Shown one piece after another: positions 21,812 through 33,951 of a stretch of DNA of 64,000 nucleotides. Made by a program: the position numbers and the translations under genes. The stretch covers positions 4,352,001-4,416,000 of the forward strand of contig CH464491.1 of NCBI GenBank assembly GCA_000002445.1, in the 5' to 3' direction. This stretch comes from Trypanosoma brucei (taxonomy: Eukaryota). Within the stretch, counting starts at the first letter, position 1. Each line of letters opens with the position of its first letter. The notes below the pieces were generated by a model, which worked only from the letters and a program-made list of their open reading frames with translations, was not told the DNA's origin and did not search any database.

Positions 21812-23524
21812 TCATCCAACCGTCTGCCCACTCAGCTGCCTTTTTCTCGCGATCAACAAATCTCCCTGGGCCTTCAGTGCCTCAGCCTCCTGTGCTTTCT
21901 TTGGATCGCCGTAAAGAAGGAGTAACACGGAGAGCCGGTAGTATAAAGTGGCAAGGTTTGAAGAATCCATCTCTTCCATGTTGTCATCCATTAGCATAGA
22001 ACCTTCAGATTCCTCACACTTGTCTCCATCGTTGAGCCGCGCCTCCAAAGCATTTTCTACCGCCTCATCGCAGTCGCCTCTCTCTGGAAGGCAATCCCGA
22101 AGGCACTTTTCAGCCTGCTTTAACATAAACAAAACCTCCTTCTTTGGGGCGCGCGATGCCATAATAAGGAACACCTTCGCTAGAAGATGAAGTGTCTCCC
22201 GTTGTTGCCCAGGTATGGCCTTGATTAACTCACTACTCCCAGAACCCTGGCAGCTCGTATTTATGTTGTACAAGTTGATGAACACATTCTTCACCAACTT
22301 CATACGCTGCCAAAAGAGATGTGCCGTTGGGCTTTTGAGAGCAAATTCTATCAAAGCCACTCCAAGTTCATGCATTGGCCGAGCATACGCCACGTACTCC
22401 TCCAACGAGTATATGGCCCCTTCAAAGTCTTCAGACAGGCAGCTATAGTAGTAAAGGACGTGGGACTCCACAATTACCCCAGTGTTACAGCTGTAAACAA
22501 ATAAATAATTCAAACACGCAGCTGCAAGTGAGGCACACCCCTCACTAATGGCATTTTCACTCACAGCGCGGAATACCGTGCAGGCGAAATCCACAAACTT
22601 TTCCTGATCCACTTTCTGTGGCGTGGTCCCCTCCTCTACGATGAACCGATAATGAATGCCTTCCTCCTGAGCCGGCTTCAGTGTGCAAAGGAAGAACTCA
22701 ACAGCTTGACCGATCGGATTGCGATAATCGACCAGAATGGAGTAGTGTGCATCTTCCAGGCAGCGCCACCACGCCACAAGGTCCGTCCCGTCCTCCAGTT
22801 CAGTGGTAATCTTACCGGAACGCTGTGTATATGTGCAACCGATAGTTTGACATAGCAAACCGTGGCCACCGCTCATGTGGGCTAACTGACATGCTCTTGA
22901 GCAATACTCAACGCCACCACACTCCGCGCATGTGTACCCCTGAGCATAGACGGGATCGAGACACATGGTGCACTGGGGACCAATGTATGGTGTAAGCACA
23001 AAACGCAGTTGCTGCTGCATGGCATATGGGGATCCACCTACGGTGACAGTTGCCTCACCCATGTACCAACCGTAGGCGGTATAGCCCTCACAACTCACTG
23101 TCACGTCAGACAGCATCGGCTCCGTAGAACCCACAATACGTCCCTCGAGCTGGTCGAAGTGGACGTCAAAACGGCAGGGCTCGTTGAGCTGCCAGTGATA
23201 GTGACTGCGCATCACCACGGTTGCGTAACGGTCCTTCAGTGGGCGGGGAATTCGGCCTAGCCCAGGGATCACTACCGGTTCCTCTCCACTGCTACCTTCG
23301 CAACATTCATCACTCATGGCGAATATTTTGCCTTGATGACGTACAGAGATCACTTCATCCTCTACTGCAAAGCGCAATAACACATGCCAGTCACCAAACT
23401 CACCTGAAGACTTCGTACCAGCCTTCCGACCCGTGTGCAGTAATCGCTCATCATCCGTCGCGGAGTTGGCAAAAAACGTGAAGTGAAGGGTGAAGAGCCC
23501 CGAGTGCACCCCGCCCGTACTCAT
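21812..23524 (-). CDS. MYND-type zinc-finger protein with a TPR-like helical C-terminus, 570 aa
   Basis: ATG verified at 23522-23524. The Cys/His spacing CTMCLDPVYAQGYTCAECGGVEYCSRACQLAHMSGGHGLLC fits the MYND finger consensus (C-x2-C...C-x2-C...C-x3-C...H...C). The MYND finger lies at about 22850-22970. Confidence 0.8.
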   Translation of the reverse strand: MSTGGVHSGLFTLHFTFFANSATDDERLLHTGRKAGTKSSGEFGDWHVLLRFAVEDEVISVRHQGKIFAMSDECCEGSSGEEPVVIPGLGRIPRPLKDRYATVVMRSHYHWQLNEPCRFDVHFDQLEGRIVGSTEPMLSDVTVSCEGYTAYGWYMGEATVTVGGSPYAMQQQLRFVLTPYIGPQCTMCLDPVYAQGYTCAECGGVEYCSRACQLAHMSGGHGLLCQTIGCTYTQRSGKITTELEDGTDLVAWWRCLEDAHYSILVDYRNPIGQAVEFFLCTLKPAQEEGIHYRFIVEEGTTPQKVDQEKFVDFACTVFRAVSENAISEGCASLAAACLNYLFVYSCNTGVIVESHVLYYYSCLSEDFEGAIYSLEEYVAYARPMHELGVALIEFALKSPTAHLFWQRMKLVKNVFINLYNINTSCQGSGSSELIKAIPGQQRETLHLLAKVFLIMASRAPKKEVLFMLKQAEKCLRDCLPERGDCDEAVENALEARLNDGDKCEESEGSMLMDDNMEEMDSSNLATLYYRLSVLLLLYGDPKKAQEAEALKAQGDLLIARKRQLSGQTVG

Positions 23525-24049
23525 CTGCTGTTAAGAAAACAAACAACAGAACTAGATAACGCAACCCCCACGTGACCAGCCGACTGCAACAACAACGGCA
23601 CTCCTGGTCCGTATTAACAAACTTCCTCAACCTCTTTTATTTAACTGTAATAGCTCTGTGGGTTTATGGTTTTTTTTGTTACGAGTGAAAAATTACCAGG
23701 CTACACGCACTTCCGTCCTGAAGAGCGATGAGATCGAACCTACAAAACCCCGATGACAAATTCCACCAACCTAAACGGTTTCCTTAATATCTGCTGACCA
23801 CAGGTAACAAATTCAGAGCAGAGAGTAAGCGTGAAGTGTTCACAAAATAGTTAGCAAGGAAGGAGATATATAGAGGAAAAGAAAGGAACTGTACACACAC
23901 AGCGTCTCTTTTGTTTTAGGCGGCCTCCGTCTCTTGCACCCCCGTCTCCCCCACGTAAACACCAACACCAAAGAAAAAGTAAGTTTCACCTTCACAGGAC
24001 TTCCTTGGAGCCCCATCAAGCTCTCCCAGGAAACCCTTCAACCTCAACT

Positions 24050-26059
24050 TCACCACCAAGTGTCACAGCCCAGTACCTCACGCAGAAAGATCGTGGCGTA
24101 ACTGGACGATGGGAGGAAAAAGGACAGGGTCGCATCAAAGACATCACTACTCCCTCCTTCAACAGTAGTAAACGACACACTGCACCCCACTGGCCGGACA
24201 ACCGTCGCCCGTAACGCCCCTGGCATCCCCACGCCGAGGACCTTCTTCCTTTGGGCGAACTCGTCAACCGTCCCGAGGTTCAGCTCCATTAAAACCTTGT
24301 CAACAGCTGAGCGAACGCCCCCCTCGACCGATACGTTGTAACCCAAAAGCGGCAAAGTCACAGGCAACTGTGGGCCGTGTAACATGGAAAGTAGGCGGTT
24401 GAAGATGAGACTCTGCGCACCGCACAGCCACAATACACGGAAAGCATACGGCACCGCCTGTAGCGCATCGCGGCACACATCCCTCCAGAGCTGGGTGCAT
24501 TCCGTTACGTCCGCTCGGGTTAGCGTTGTATAACGCGTGCGGTGAAGGCGGTTGAGTGCCTGTACAATGCAACGTGCATCACGCAACCTCGCGGGAACGT
24601 AACGTGGTTCCATATGGGTTGGAAATAAGTCGTACAACTCGGGGGCCCCACGAAGAAGGCATCGCACAGCTTCTGGCCACCTACCTCCTAATATATGAAC
24701 ACCAATGTGGTCCATGAAACACTCAGCATGTTCACTGAAACGCTGCTGACCAAAGTAGTTCAGAAATCCCTCTTTCTCCAGTCGGCAGGACCTCTGCATC
24801 AACTCGGAAGGGGTAATACCACGAACATCACGCAGCCGGATGTGGAACATGTTCCCTTTGAGCTCACCAATTCCAACAGGTGCGGAGTGCGGTCCAGAAG
24901 TCTGCAAAATCTCCACGTAGCTTGACAAATCGTCCGTCCACGTCAAACGCAATGGAACGTCACCATCTATTCCACTTTCCTCTTCGCGAGGGTGCCGGAG
25001 CTGCCGGGTGCAGGGAACCGAACAGCGCTGGTACGTCACTGCACACTTATCCTTCATCCCTGCCGTGCAAACGGCATCAATAGGAACGCAGAAGTGCTCC
25101 GCCAATAACATACGCAGCTCCATTATATCCAAATTGCGTTTGCGGATGAGAAGGTGAGTGAAACCAACTGTTTCCCTGTTCCCGTCAACACGCTGCCGCT
25201 TTCCAAACCCACTTGACGAACCCCTGATGACCACCTGCCCATTCGAAACGCGGCATGTGATCCGGGGGTACCGCTTCGACATCACCTCGTGGAAGGAGCG
25301 TCGCACCTCCTTTGATGCAGTCACAGGGAATTTAGCAGTTAGATGAAGCGGCGGCCCCTGGGGAACTGATGCGTTCCATGCCACCAACGCGTCAGCTACC
25401 GACTCCCCGAGAAGATGCGAAAGAAGAAGAAACTCACAATCGTAGCTAACAATGATGTGATAATCAATCGCACCACCATCGCCATCTCTACAAATATGAG
25501 CACTGTCACCATCCAAAGCAATGTTTACAGGACCAGCTGTTGCTTCCCTGTGACGACGGGTCTCACTACGTAAGTGGGGTACCGATACCTTCATAGCACG
25601 ATGCAGCTGCTCTCGCTCAGCCCTCTCGTTAAACACGCCGATGTCATGCTCTTTGGTTGGAAACAAGAGGTTCCTAGCCGCGGCACAGGAAGAATACTGC
25701 GCAACAGCTTCCCTCTTACTACCAAACACCTCCAGAAGGGTTTCCAACAGAGACTCATTCAAGGAATCATCCATTGGGAGCGCTACATTGATATGCTTTT
25801 CGGAGTCGCCCGCGCTGCCGCCGCATTGCCCTCGGTTCAGTTCAGTCGCCGTGGACAAGACGGTTTGGACACTGCCAACTTCGCCACAACTATTCGTTGG
25901 TGTCCGCGGTATGGGAAGCTTGTATGTTTGGGCATCTGTTGCCTCGCCCGCGGGGTCTACCTCCGCAACGATGAAGTCCTCAGGGCAGTCCTTCAGTCGC
26001 GCAACCGCAACACGCTCTACTGGCACATGAAACTTCTCCACACCACAGGCCTGAAGCAT
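24050..26059 (-). CDS. PUS7: tRNA pseudouridine synthase of the TruD/Pus7 family, 669 aa
   Basis: ATG verified. The TruD catalytic motif is present: VCTAGMKDKCAVTYQRC (GxKD with the catalytic Asp). The downstream FLNYFGQQRF motif (NYFGxQRFG) is diagnostic of TruD/Pus7. Confidence 0.85.
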   Translation of the reverse strand: MLQACGVEKFHVPVERVAVARLKDCPEDFIVAEVDPAGEATDAQTYKLPIPRTPTNSCGEVGSVQTVLSTATELNRGQCGGSAGDSEKHINVALPMDDSLNESLLETLLEVFGSKREAVAQYSSCAAARNLLFPTKEHDIGVFNERAEREQLHRAMKVSVPHLRSETRRHREATAGPVNIALDGDSAHICRDGDGGAIDYHIIVSYDCEFLLLSHLLGESVADALVAWNASVPQGPPLHLTAKFPVTASKEVRRSFHEVMSKRYPRITCRVSNGQVVIRGSSSGFGKRQRVDGNRETVGFTHLLIRKRNLDIMELRMLLAEHFCVPIDAVCTAGMKDKCAVTYQRCSVPCTRQLRHPREEESGIDGDVPLRLTWTDDLSSYVEILQTSGPHSAPVGIGELKGNMFHIRLRDVRGITPSELMQRSCRLEKEGFLNYFGQQRFSEHAECFMDHIGVHILGGRWPEAVRCLLRGAPELYDLFPTHMEPRYVPARLRDARCIVQALNRLHRTRYTTLTRADVTECTQLWRDVCRDALQAVPYAFRVLWLCGAQSLIFNRLLSMLHGPQLPVTLPLLGYNVSVEGGVRSAVDKVLMELNLGTVDEFAQRKKVLGVGMPGALRATVVRPVGCSVSFTTVEGGSSDVFDATLSFFLPSSSYATIFLREVLGCDTWW

Positions 26060-26489
26060 TCATGCCCTAAATACCGGTCGTCGACCAAGGAGGTGAGGAA
26101 CTCAGACGAAAAGAGAATGGGGAAAGACAATGTCCAAAGATGATAAATGGTGAAAGCTAACAGGAATGTTGAAGAAGTGCACTAACAGGAAGCAATCAGG
26201 GCGTGAGCAGCCTCGTTGACCTCCAGTACACTTATTTATCACCTTTTCGTCATGTGCCCGCTTACTCAGTTCCACGGGTAAAAACGAGGGGGGGAAACAG
26301 TTTGGAAAATAGGGAAACTACCACCCTTTCTAGTCCTCTCATGCTGCACTGAGTGACAGTATATGATGAATGGACGAAGGAGGCACATCCTCATAGCAGT
26401 GTTAATATGACCACTCACCAACTCACACGTGGAAAAATACATTGCCAAGCAAACGGATGCTCACTTTACCAACTACCACGTGCTTACTC

Positions 26490-29246
26490 CTAGGCCCTCG
26501 GCACGGCCGCTAGCCTTCCTGCTTCTTCGGCATCTCTTAGTCGCTCCTGTAAGCGGTCACCAAATAAGTTTGTGCGGGTTATAACTCCAATAACACGATG
26601 CCGACGATCCACTACCGGAAGAAGCCGCAGCCCCAAGTGACGGAATATATAATACGTCCGCGAGATGCACATCACGTCACGCACGTAATATGTGCTGAGA
26701 TCCACATAAGGGGAGAGGTCCACATGGCAGCGCATCGTTGATTTGGATAATAGCTCAACGGGAGGCATAGGAGGTAACCGCCGCCAGAAAATGCACTCAC
26801 GCACTTTGTTTAGATCTGCATAGGTGGCGTGAGACCGCGGACCACGGGGAGGTCCGTCCGTTACGTTGGTTTCAGGTGGAACGATAGTGTCCATACTTCT
26901 CCCCGCCTGTGTAATGATACTTTCATTGCAGTCAGTGAACGGGCCACAAGCGCTCCCTCCCTCACTTTCACACACCTCGATTCCTGTTGCCTTTGTCTGA
27001 ACCCGACCAACCGATTCTCCGTTTTTACCTCCACAGGGCACGTTGCTAGCAAGCATACTCAAGCGGCCACTATCTATCACATCTGACCCATCTGTCTCAC
27101 GGAAGTACATGAACCACAACAACAGTTCCAACTGGGAGCGGGATATGACACCCTTGTATGTCATCTTCGCCATGGCCACCACAGGGAACGTGTTGTGCTG
27201 TGTGGACTGCAGCACCTCCACCACTTGTGCAATGGACTCCACAGTGTTGAGAGTCACTGCAGGGGATGTCATGATATCCTTGGCACAAAACATATCAAAC
27301 TTGTGCACACCTGTCTGTGCCTCCAGGAAAGGCACCGACTTCAGGTCAAGCAGTGAGTGGTATAAGGAGTGGCAGAAACGATCGGCTAACGCTCGGGCAA
27401 AGACGACTCCTACCATTAGGCAAGTAATGTGGGTAAGATCCGCAGTCATCTCCATCATAATCACGATGAGAGAAAACGAGAGACGGGAGATGCCGGAAAA
27501 GTACGAGGCGGCGCCGATGAGAGATAGCACCCCAGGATCCGCCCATACCTCATTGTTGAACAAGGTGCCAACGAGCCGGCCACCCATCGCACCAATAAAG
27601 AGGGAAGGAATAACCGTGCCGCAGGATACGAACATTCCTCCCGCGTAGCTTGAAGAGAATGTGTAAAGCATAAGTTGTAGCAAACACGCGTACCACGGAA
27701 TCAGCCCCGTGGTGTGACGCGAGAACAAGACGCGTATACTATTGTAAGGACCCATCAGTGCAAGCGTCGCTAATGGATTGAATGTGTTCTCACGATCCGC
27801 GCAAAATTCGGTGAAGAGTTCAACTTTCATCTCCGCTTTGTGATCTTTCACGTACGGAGGTATTTCGATGCAACCGAACGCCAGCGGTAGCACGTAGCAA
27901 ACAGTGTTGTACGCCAACGAAAACAAGCAAGGCTCCAAAACACGCAGGAACGTATTGGGAAAGAGTCGCTCCCTGCGCCATCGCAAAAATCTGACACTCG
28001 ATACTGTGTACAAAACAGCAAGCAGCCCAAGGGCTAAGGAACCGACAACTGTTGGTATAAACGTGTAGACATTCAGCGGCACGTGGTTACCCGGTACGTT
28101 GTTGACAATAAACATTGCGATCGCCGATGGTAGAAACTCACCGTGAGTCATTGGTGATTGTGCCAGCAGATGCCAACCGCTCATGTAGGAGTTGACTATC
28201 TGAATCACACACATGCATGCCAAACAAGAGACGAAAACCATACACGCGAGCCTCACCGAAAAAAACGTGGCCACCTCCTCCATCACGAACAGCAGCCCAC
28301 CGATAGGCGCCGAGAAAGCAGACGTCACGCCACAGGCAGCACCAGCCGATATGAAACTCCGCATATCTCGTGGGTTACGGAAGGTTGAAAGCAGCGACGT
28401 GGCACCACAGTTCAACGTTCGGCTCCGCCCTGTTGGCAATCCCGCGCCAATAAGAGAGCCAATGTGAATAATCGGGCCCTCCGCTCCGACAGGAACACCG
28501 GCAGATACAACAAAAATGCAGGAGAGCGTCTTCACGATTAAATTGCGTATGTTAAACACACGGGGAAACATCACGCCATTCAGGTAAGCCATAACTTCGG
28601 GGACACCGCTGCCGGCTGCTGTGGGCATCACAAGGCAACAGAGGGAGGAGAGCAGCGCAAAACCGGCACACCATAGGATATATATTATATAGCATTTTCC
28701 AGCCACAGCCCAACTAACACCACTGGGGGTTGACCGCATTGGAAAACCTGCACCTCCTCCAACGGTCTGCGCTTCAGTCCCACCACGCCCATGGGTCTCA
28801 TGCAGATAAGTACGTAACATCCCTCGCTTCCGGCGCTCAAGATACTCGAGAGTTTGAAAAAGTAATACGGACCACAAACCAACACAAATGCCTACTGCAA
28901 TAAACATAACCCACTTGAGCCAACGTGGTTCCTTCTTCCATTGCGCCATACGCTTCTTGTAGACAGTTGACTGGGGTTCGCTGTAATCAATGCTCTCATA
29001 GTTGTCCATCCTGCGGCGCTCCTCATCCGACCGAACGTGTGTCCGCTGAGCCCTACGAAATAACGGAGGGCGAGCACGGGCAAACGCCGCATCGCCCTCC
29101 TCTTCAGTCCGCGCCAGTTCCTGAAACCATGCGCTCGTTGCGCGGTCCTTTGCATTTGTGCTCAGCGACTCCAAAACATTCCGTCGGTTCCATCCACCAG
29201 CGTCTGCCTCCTGCGGTGGCTGCGATGGCAACAACTTGTTGGACAT
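26490..29246 (-). CDS. CLC-type voltage-gated chloride channel/transporter with two C-terminal CBS domains, 918 aa
   Basis: ATG verified. Selectivity-filter motifs are present: GSGVPEV (GSGIPE), GAEGPIIHIGS (GK/xEGP), and PIGGLLFVMEEV. There are 10-12 transmembrane helices. The C-terminal CBS pair is split by a long insert, as in eukaryotic CLCs. Confidence 0.9.
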   Translation of the reverse strand: MSNKLLPSQPPQEADAGGWNRRNVLESLSTNAKDRATSAWFQELARTEEEGDAAFARARPPLFRRAQRTHVRSDEERRRMDNYESIDYSEPQSTVYKKRMAQWKKEPRWLKWVMFIAVGICVGLWSVLLFQTLEYLERRKRGMLRTYLHETHGRGGTEAQTVGGGAGFPMRSTPSGVSWAVAGKCYIIYILWCAGFALLSSLCCLVMPTAAGSGVPEVMAYLNGVMFPRVFNIRNLIVKTLSCIFVVSAGVPVGAEGPIIHIGSLIGAGLPTGRSRTLNCGATSLLSTFRNPRDMRSFISAGAACGVTSAFSAPIGGLLFVMEEVATFFSVRLACMVFVSCLACMCVIQIVNSYMSGWHLLAQSPMTHGEFLPSAIAMFIVNNVPGNHVPLNVYTFIPTVVGSLALGLLAVLYTVSSVRFLRWRRERLFPNTFLRVLEPCLFSLAYNTVCYVLPLAFGCIEIPPYVKDHKAEMKVELFTEFCADRENTFNPLATLALMGPYNSIRVLFSRHTTGLIPWYACLLQLMLYTFSSSYAGGMFVSCGTVIPSLFIGAMGGRLVGTLFNNEVWADPGVLSLIGAASYFSGISRLSFSLIVIMMEMTADLTHITCLMVGVVFARALADRFCHSLYHSLLDLKSVPFLEAQTGVHKFDMFCAKDIMTSPAVTLNTVESIAQVVEVLQSTQHNTFPVVAMAKMTYKGVISRSQLELLLWFMYFRETDGSDVIDSGRLSMLASNVPCGGKNGESVGRVQTKATGIEVCESEGGSACGPFTDCNESIITQAGRSMDTIVPPETNVTDGPPRGPRSHATYADLNKVRECIFWRRLPPMPPVELLSKSTMRCHVDLSPYVDLSTYYVRDVMCISRTYYIFRHLGLRLLPVVDRRHRVIGVITRTNLFGDRLQERLRDAEEAGRLAAVPRA

Positions 29247-30363
29247 ACTTCAGTAGGGGAAACCAAAAAAGAGAAAAAAGAAAATGAGGTGAAAGGGATT
29301 ATAATTTTATATAGTCACGCCGGTTCGCGGGTATCCGCAAGTGAAGCAGATGGGTCAGGGCACAAGAAGGAAGCACAGCAACAAACTTATTTACCCTGTC
29401 ACAAGAGGCAAAGAAGAAGAGAAAGGGGGTCAACATTTCACACAGACAAAGATGCTAAACAGGACTTCCGACTATTCGGTAGGAAACTAGTTCATGCATT
29501 ACTGAGACCGTAAGGGGAAGTCGTTCCGCTCCCCTTTAAAATGAGGAATATTTACTTAGGAAATGAACTCCGCTGTAAAATGACTTCATCATCACCACGA
29601 CTATACCTTTTGCGGTAACCACAACTTGCAGAAGAGGTAAGAAGAAGGCAGTAATAGATCAACATCCACCCAAAGAGTTATCTTATCCCACATGTATTCT
29701 ATTTGTACGACCCAACAGAATAAAAGATGAGCAACTGCAGCGGGTTAGAGCCACCAGAATATCTCTCTCACATGACTCAGGCACAGCGGCAACTAACTGC
29801 CTGTGAAGTCACACGTAGACAAAACGACATACGATAAACAACACTTTTTTGCACCCTTAATGATGAGATTGTTATTAGCATCTAAAGGCTGGCTCCACCA
29901 CTATTGTATAGAGGCTAAACACGCACATACAGCGGTAGAGGAAATGGGTGCATAAGTCATTTACCTCCTAACTTCCTTCATCCACCACCGATTTACACAC
30001 AAAAGGGAGAGGAGTTTTTTTTCTTTTAGTGCATTGATACGTGGGTTTACACTATCTTTTCCTTCCTTCACGTACTTGTTACATTTTTCTGCTATCCGTA
30101 CTTCAACATCAAACGAAGAGCAAAGAGGAAAAGAAGAGAAGAGAAGGGCAAATAAATATGAACAGTCTAACAACAGGTAATAATGTAAGAAAGTGTGAGA
30201 AACCTCCAACGGGTTGCTTCGTTTAGAAACATTTGAAGCATGGTCGAAATACTGTAAAACGTTCCTGACGGAGTGCACCGCCAGATAAACAAATAATGAT
30301 GTGGAACAAGGGAGAGAATTTTTTTTTAAAGAGAAAAAAAGAGTAACTTCACTCCTCCCAGAC

Positions 30364-33255
30364 TTATAGGTGGAACTCCTCTACGTCCTTATGCGGTTCC
30401 CCGGCGTAGCATTTGTTGCTACCATCCGCCGTGCCTCTTCTCGAGGCAACATCATCGTTGTCCCCCGACAACGCATTGGAATCTTCGTCCCTCACAGCAG
30501 AGGAACGGCGCCGGCGTCGAATGTCATCACCATCATCTGTCATGCAGTCCTTTACCCTCTTTGGTTTTGTGGAGGATATAAGTGTCGTCGGCTTCAACGC
30601 CCCACGTGTCTTCCGCCTTGATGACGGGCCATCCTTCGAAGCATTTGTTTGTCGCGTTTCCTTTCGCTGCAGCAGCAGCGATTCCCGTAGCGACAATTCT
30701 TGAAACGGCCCGCCAGTGATAACACTACCCTGAATTGAAGAAGGGACTACGCCCGAAAGAAGAAGCAACAGGCCCTTACCGCGCAGTTTGTCCCTCGTGT
30801 CTGTATTAGAAATAATACTGCTGTGATGAGATTTCGCAAACGCAATGAGCGGAGTTGGTGACAATATTTCCTTCACCTCCTCGTCACTCAGGCCCTCCTG
30901 CAACATAAGCGTATGCAACGCGAGCACCACCTCGGCGGCGATGATGCCACTGGCAAAGCGCTCGCACACGTCGTTCGCACGCTCAAGCAAAAGTTCACGG
31001 TGCTCCTGCTTGCACGGTGCCTCGGTAAGTGCGGCAAGCGTTCCCGCTATGAGATGTGTTTGCGCAGCACCCGCACCTGAAAGGGAATGGAGACAAATGG
31101 CCTGAAGCGGTGGGTGCCACTCAGGTCGCAGAAGGGCTGGGCGCAGCTGTACGATGGCACTCGTGATGGAAATGAACTGAGCATCGGTGAGCATGGCGCC
31201 TGCCGCACTGGACGTACCTGAAGCATTAATAACAGCAGTTTCCTTACGACCAGTGTCATTACAGGATTCTCGCCTCTGTAGCTCGTTCCCAAGAACTTCT
31301 GCGGTGGCCGAAAGCAATTCCTCATGGTCGAGCTTAAGGGCCCGCAACGAGCCCATGCAGCTTGCAAGCTCCTCGCCTTTGAAACTTGGTAGTATGTTGA
31401 GAGCGCGGTCGCAGAAGGGCACTGTCACTTCAGCATGACGGGTGATGCCAAGCTTTACCGAGCTGTACAGAAGTAATACAATGTCGCGCGCGGTTGCGTG
31501 ACTTGCAGAGACACGCAGACGTGGCATCATCTGCTGTACAACTCGAATTACACCCTTTAGAACGAAAGTGAATGCATACATAAGCATGCAAAGGTCGTGC
31601 ACAGTGGCATTTGCAGCCTTCTCCAGTATGTGTGTTGCTGTTGCCGAGTAAAATTCCACGTCATTGAAACCCAAAGTTGCGCACTGCAACAAAATATTGA
31701 CAAGCTCAGGAGCATCAAAACGAGACGGATTGCGCCTCGTGAACTCCACAACTACCAATAATAAATCATTGAATGGAAGACGACTACGCGTGAGGGCCTC
31801 CATCAGCAGAATCGCCTCTCGCGCCACAAGCTTCCGAGACCAGTTCTTCTGTGAAGAAAGCGAAGTGAATAGGTCAGGCAAAAATGTCTTCTTCGCCATA
31901 GGGAGGGGCGCAAGCATTGCAGCTAGTTCCACCTGAACCCGAAACGGGGCGTTCGCCGCGGCAACCGATATCATTGGCATGTGCTGCTCCAGCAGGGTTG
32001 GACCACCGTATGCACGCAGTGCCAACATAACACCAACAACAAGCGGCAATCGCCGCACATCCACGCTCGCAGTCACGTCACCAAATTTCATGTCACGCAC
32101 CAAAACTGTGTAGAAGTGTGTGGGCTGCTTGTCTGCGGGAAACAATTTTAACGCACCATCGGCAAGGTTCAGTAACCGATGGCCATAAACTGTTAAAGCG
32201 TCCTCCACACAAGCATCCATAAGCTCACACAAGGGCGCAGCAGCAGCGGCAAACCATTCGCGCTTCTCGAAACGCATCATGAGCCGCATGAGAGCTGTTG
32301 TGCGGGACACGTTCGGGGCGGCATTGTGTAGCCCCTTCAACCGTAACGCAATTGCTTCCATAATCTCCGCATGCATCACCTGCTTTACCTCACATTTATG
32401 CAGCATATCAGTCAATTGCACTTCGTCGGCCGCTTGCACAGCCTTCAGCATCGATTGCACAAAAGCAGCGACTACTGAAGGATTTAATGCGCCCTTTGCC
32501 TCAGCAGTCAAACTGGAGGGGCCGCCTTCCGCCCTGTGATCGCGTCGCGCTCGCGCCGGTGACATCGCAGCCAGTGCACTTTCAAAGCCTTCAGCCGACC
32601 GAGCAGAGCTTGCAGCGAGCAGCGATACGACGGGCATTTCTAACCCCCTGTAACATTCAATTACAGCACTTAGATGCTCCATAGAAATGTACGATGAAGG
32701 TTGAGCACAAATGTGCCGCTCTGCCACAACATAGAAGTCAGGGTAGTGCACTCTCCTCTCGTAAAAGCACTCGATGATACGGTAAAGCTGTTGCCCAGTA
32801 AAACCGTCCATCCGTCTAATGCAATGCTCGGCCAGGAGAGACCACGTGTCCTCATGCCGTACCCCCGCCGCAGCCAGTGAGTCAATTAGCTGAACAGTCC
32901 CCGTGCTATCCATACTCGGCAGGGCTTCAGAGAGTAGTGGCAGAGCGGAGAAGGAGATATCGTTTTGCCCCAACATGCAGCAGGCGGCAATAGTTCGTGA
33001 GAGCTGCCCACCAGTCATACGCGGCAGTTCTGCTCTTACCAATGCAACGGCCTTCGCCGCGACGGGGCTCTGCTCAAGCTGGAAGTAGGCAAGGCACTCC
33101 AAGAGTCGCCGAAGAGCGGACGGACCCGGGGAAGGCCCAACGCTAAGCTCTAACGCGGTAAGTTTTTCCTTTAGAGCGTGTCCTAGTTTCTCATCGAGTA
33201 CGACACTGTGTATCTTCTTTAGGTGGTACAAGTCATGAATCACGCGAGTTAACAT
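30364..33255 (-). CDS. Hypothetical alpha-helical protein (963 aa) with a basic/acidic disordered C-terminal tail
   Basis: ATG verified at 33253-33255. Long ORF with ordinary composition. No confident family assignment from the sequence alone. Confidence 0.75.
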   Translation of the reverse strand: MLTRVIHDLYHLKKIHSVVLDEKLGHALKEKLTALELSVGPSPGPSALRRLLECLAYFQLEQSPVAAKAVALVRAELPRMTGGQLSRTIAACCMLGQNDISFSALPLLSEALPSMDSTGTVQLIDSLAAAGVRHEDTWSLLAEHCIRRMDGFTGQQLYRIIECFYERRVHYPDFYVVAERHICAQPSSYISMEHLSAVIECYRGLEMPVVSLLAASSARSAEGFESALAAMSPARARRDHRAEGGPSSLTAEAKGALNPSVVAAFVQSMLKAVQAADEVQLTDMLHKCEVKQVMHAEIMEAIALRLKGLHNAAPNVSRTTALMRLMMRFEKREWFAAAAAPLCELMDACVEDALTVYGHRLLNLADGALKLFPADKQPTHFYTVLVRDMKFGDVTASVDVRRLPLVVGVMLALRAYGGPTLLEQHMPMISVAAANAPFRVQVELAAMLAPLPMAKKTFLPDLFTSLSSQKNWSRKLVAREAILLMEALTRSRLPFNDLLLVVVEFTRRNPSRFDAPELVNILLQCATLGFNDVEFYSATATHILEKAANATVHDLCMLMYAFTFVLKGVIRVVQQMMPRLRVSASHATARDIVLLLYSSVKLGITRHAEVTVPFCDRALNILPSFKGEELASCMGSLRALKLDHEELLSATAEVLGNELQRRESCNDTGRKETAVINASGTSSAAGAMLTDAQFISITSAIVQLRPALLRPEWHPPLQAICLHSLSGAGAAQTHLIAGTLAALTEAPCKQEHRELLLERANDVCERFASGIIAAEVVLALHTLMLQEGLSDEEVKEILSPTPLIAFAKSHHSSIISNTDTRDKLRGKGLLLLLSGVVPSSIQGSVITGGPFQELSLRESLLLQRKETRQTNASKDGPSSRRKTRGALKPTTLISSTKPKRVKDCMTDDGDDIRRRRRSSAVRDEDSNALSGDNDDVASRRGTADGSNKCYAGEPHKDVEEFHL

Positions 33256-33951
33256 GTCAATCGGTATTATACTCCTTTTCTGGCAGCGTTCACTTCCCCC
33301 ACGCCCATGCTGCGCGTTTATTTAGCAAATGTTAAATGTAGTAATATACCGCCGCCAACGCCCACCGCGTGCACGAGTCGGCAATAAAACATGAAGAAGA
33401 GGAGGAAGAGGGAGATAAAAGGATAAACCTGATACGCTAAAAAGTGGGGACAACAAATTTTCATAAACAGTGGTGTGGCATCACCATGCACACACACACA
33501 ACTAACTTCAAGGATACTGACAGTCAATAACTCCAGACTCGACGACCGCCTAAACCCCAAATTATCAAATGTTAAAAAAAAAGACAAGAACACACGAAGA
33601 GCAGCTACGATATTTTCACTGCTTTTCATATGAAGTACTAATAACAAAACATGTGGACGCAAAACTGTGGATTTGCGGGTGCGTCTGGGCTCACCGTAAC
33701 TATTATTTGGTGCCCAAGAAGGTAAAACGGCTACGACTGAGACGATAAACAAGTAGTAATGATGATAGGTGAAAGGAGTTCATAACAACACAACGAAGAA
33801 AGTCGAGGGAAAGCAAAGTGGAAATAGTCAAATAACGGAACACGTATGGTACGTAGAACAGCATGGCACGTCCACACGTCCACACGCCCGCACGCACACA
33901 CACACACAAACACACAAAAACAGAGAGAGCGAAAAATCACCGGGTTCATTA

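Noticed and set aside
25574-26143. 189-aa plus-strand ORF, plus a nested 129-aa ORF
   Set aside because: Antisense shadow ORFs inside the Pus7/TruD gene.
27043-27648. 201-aa plus-strand ORF
   Set aside because: Antisense to the CLC channel gene.
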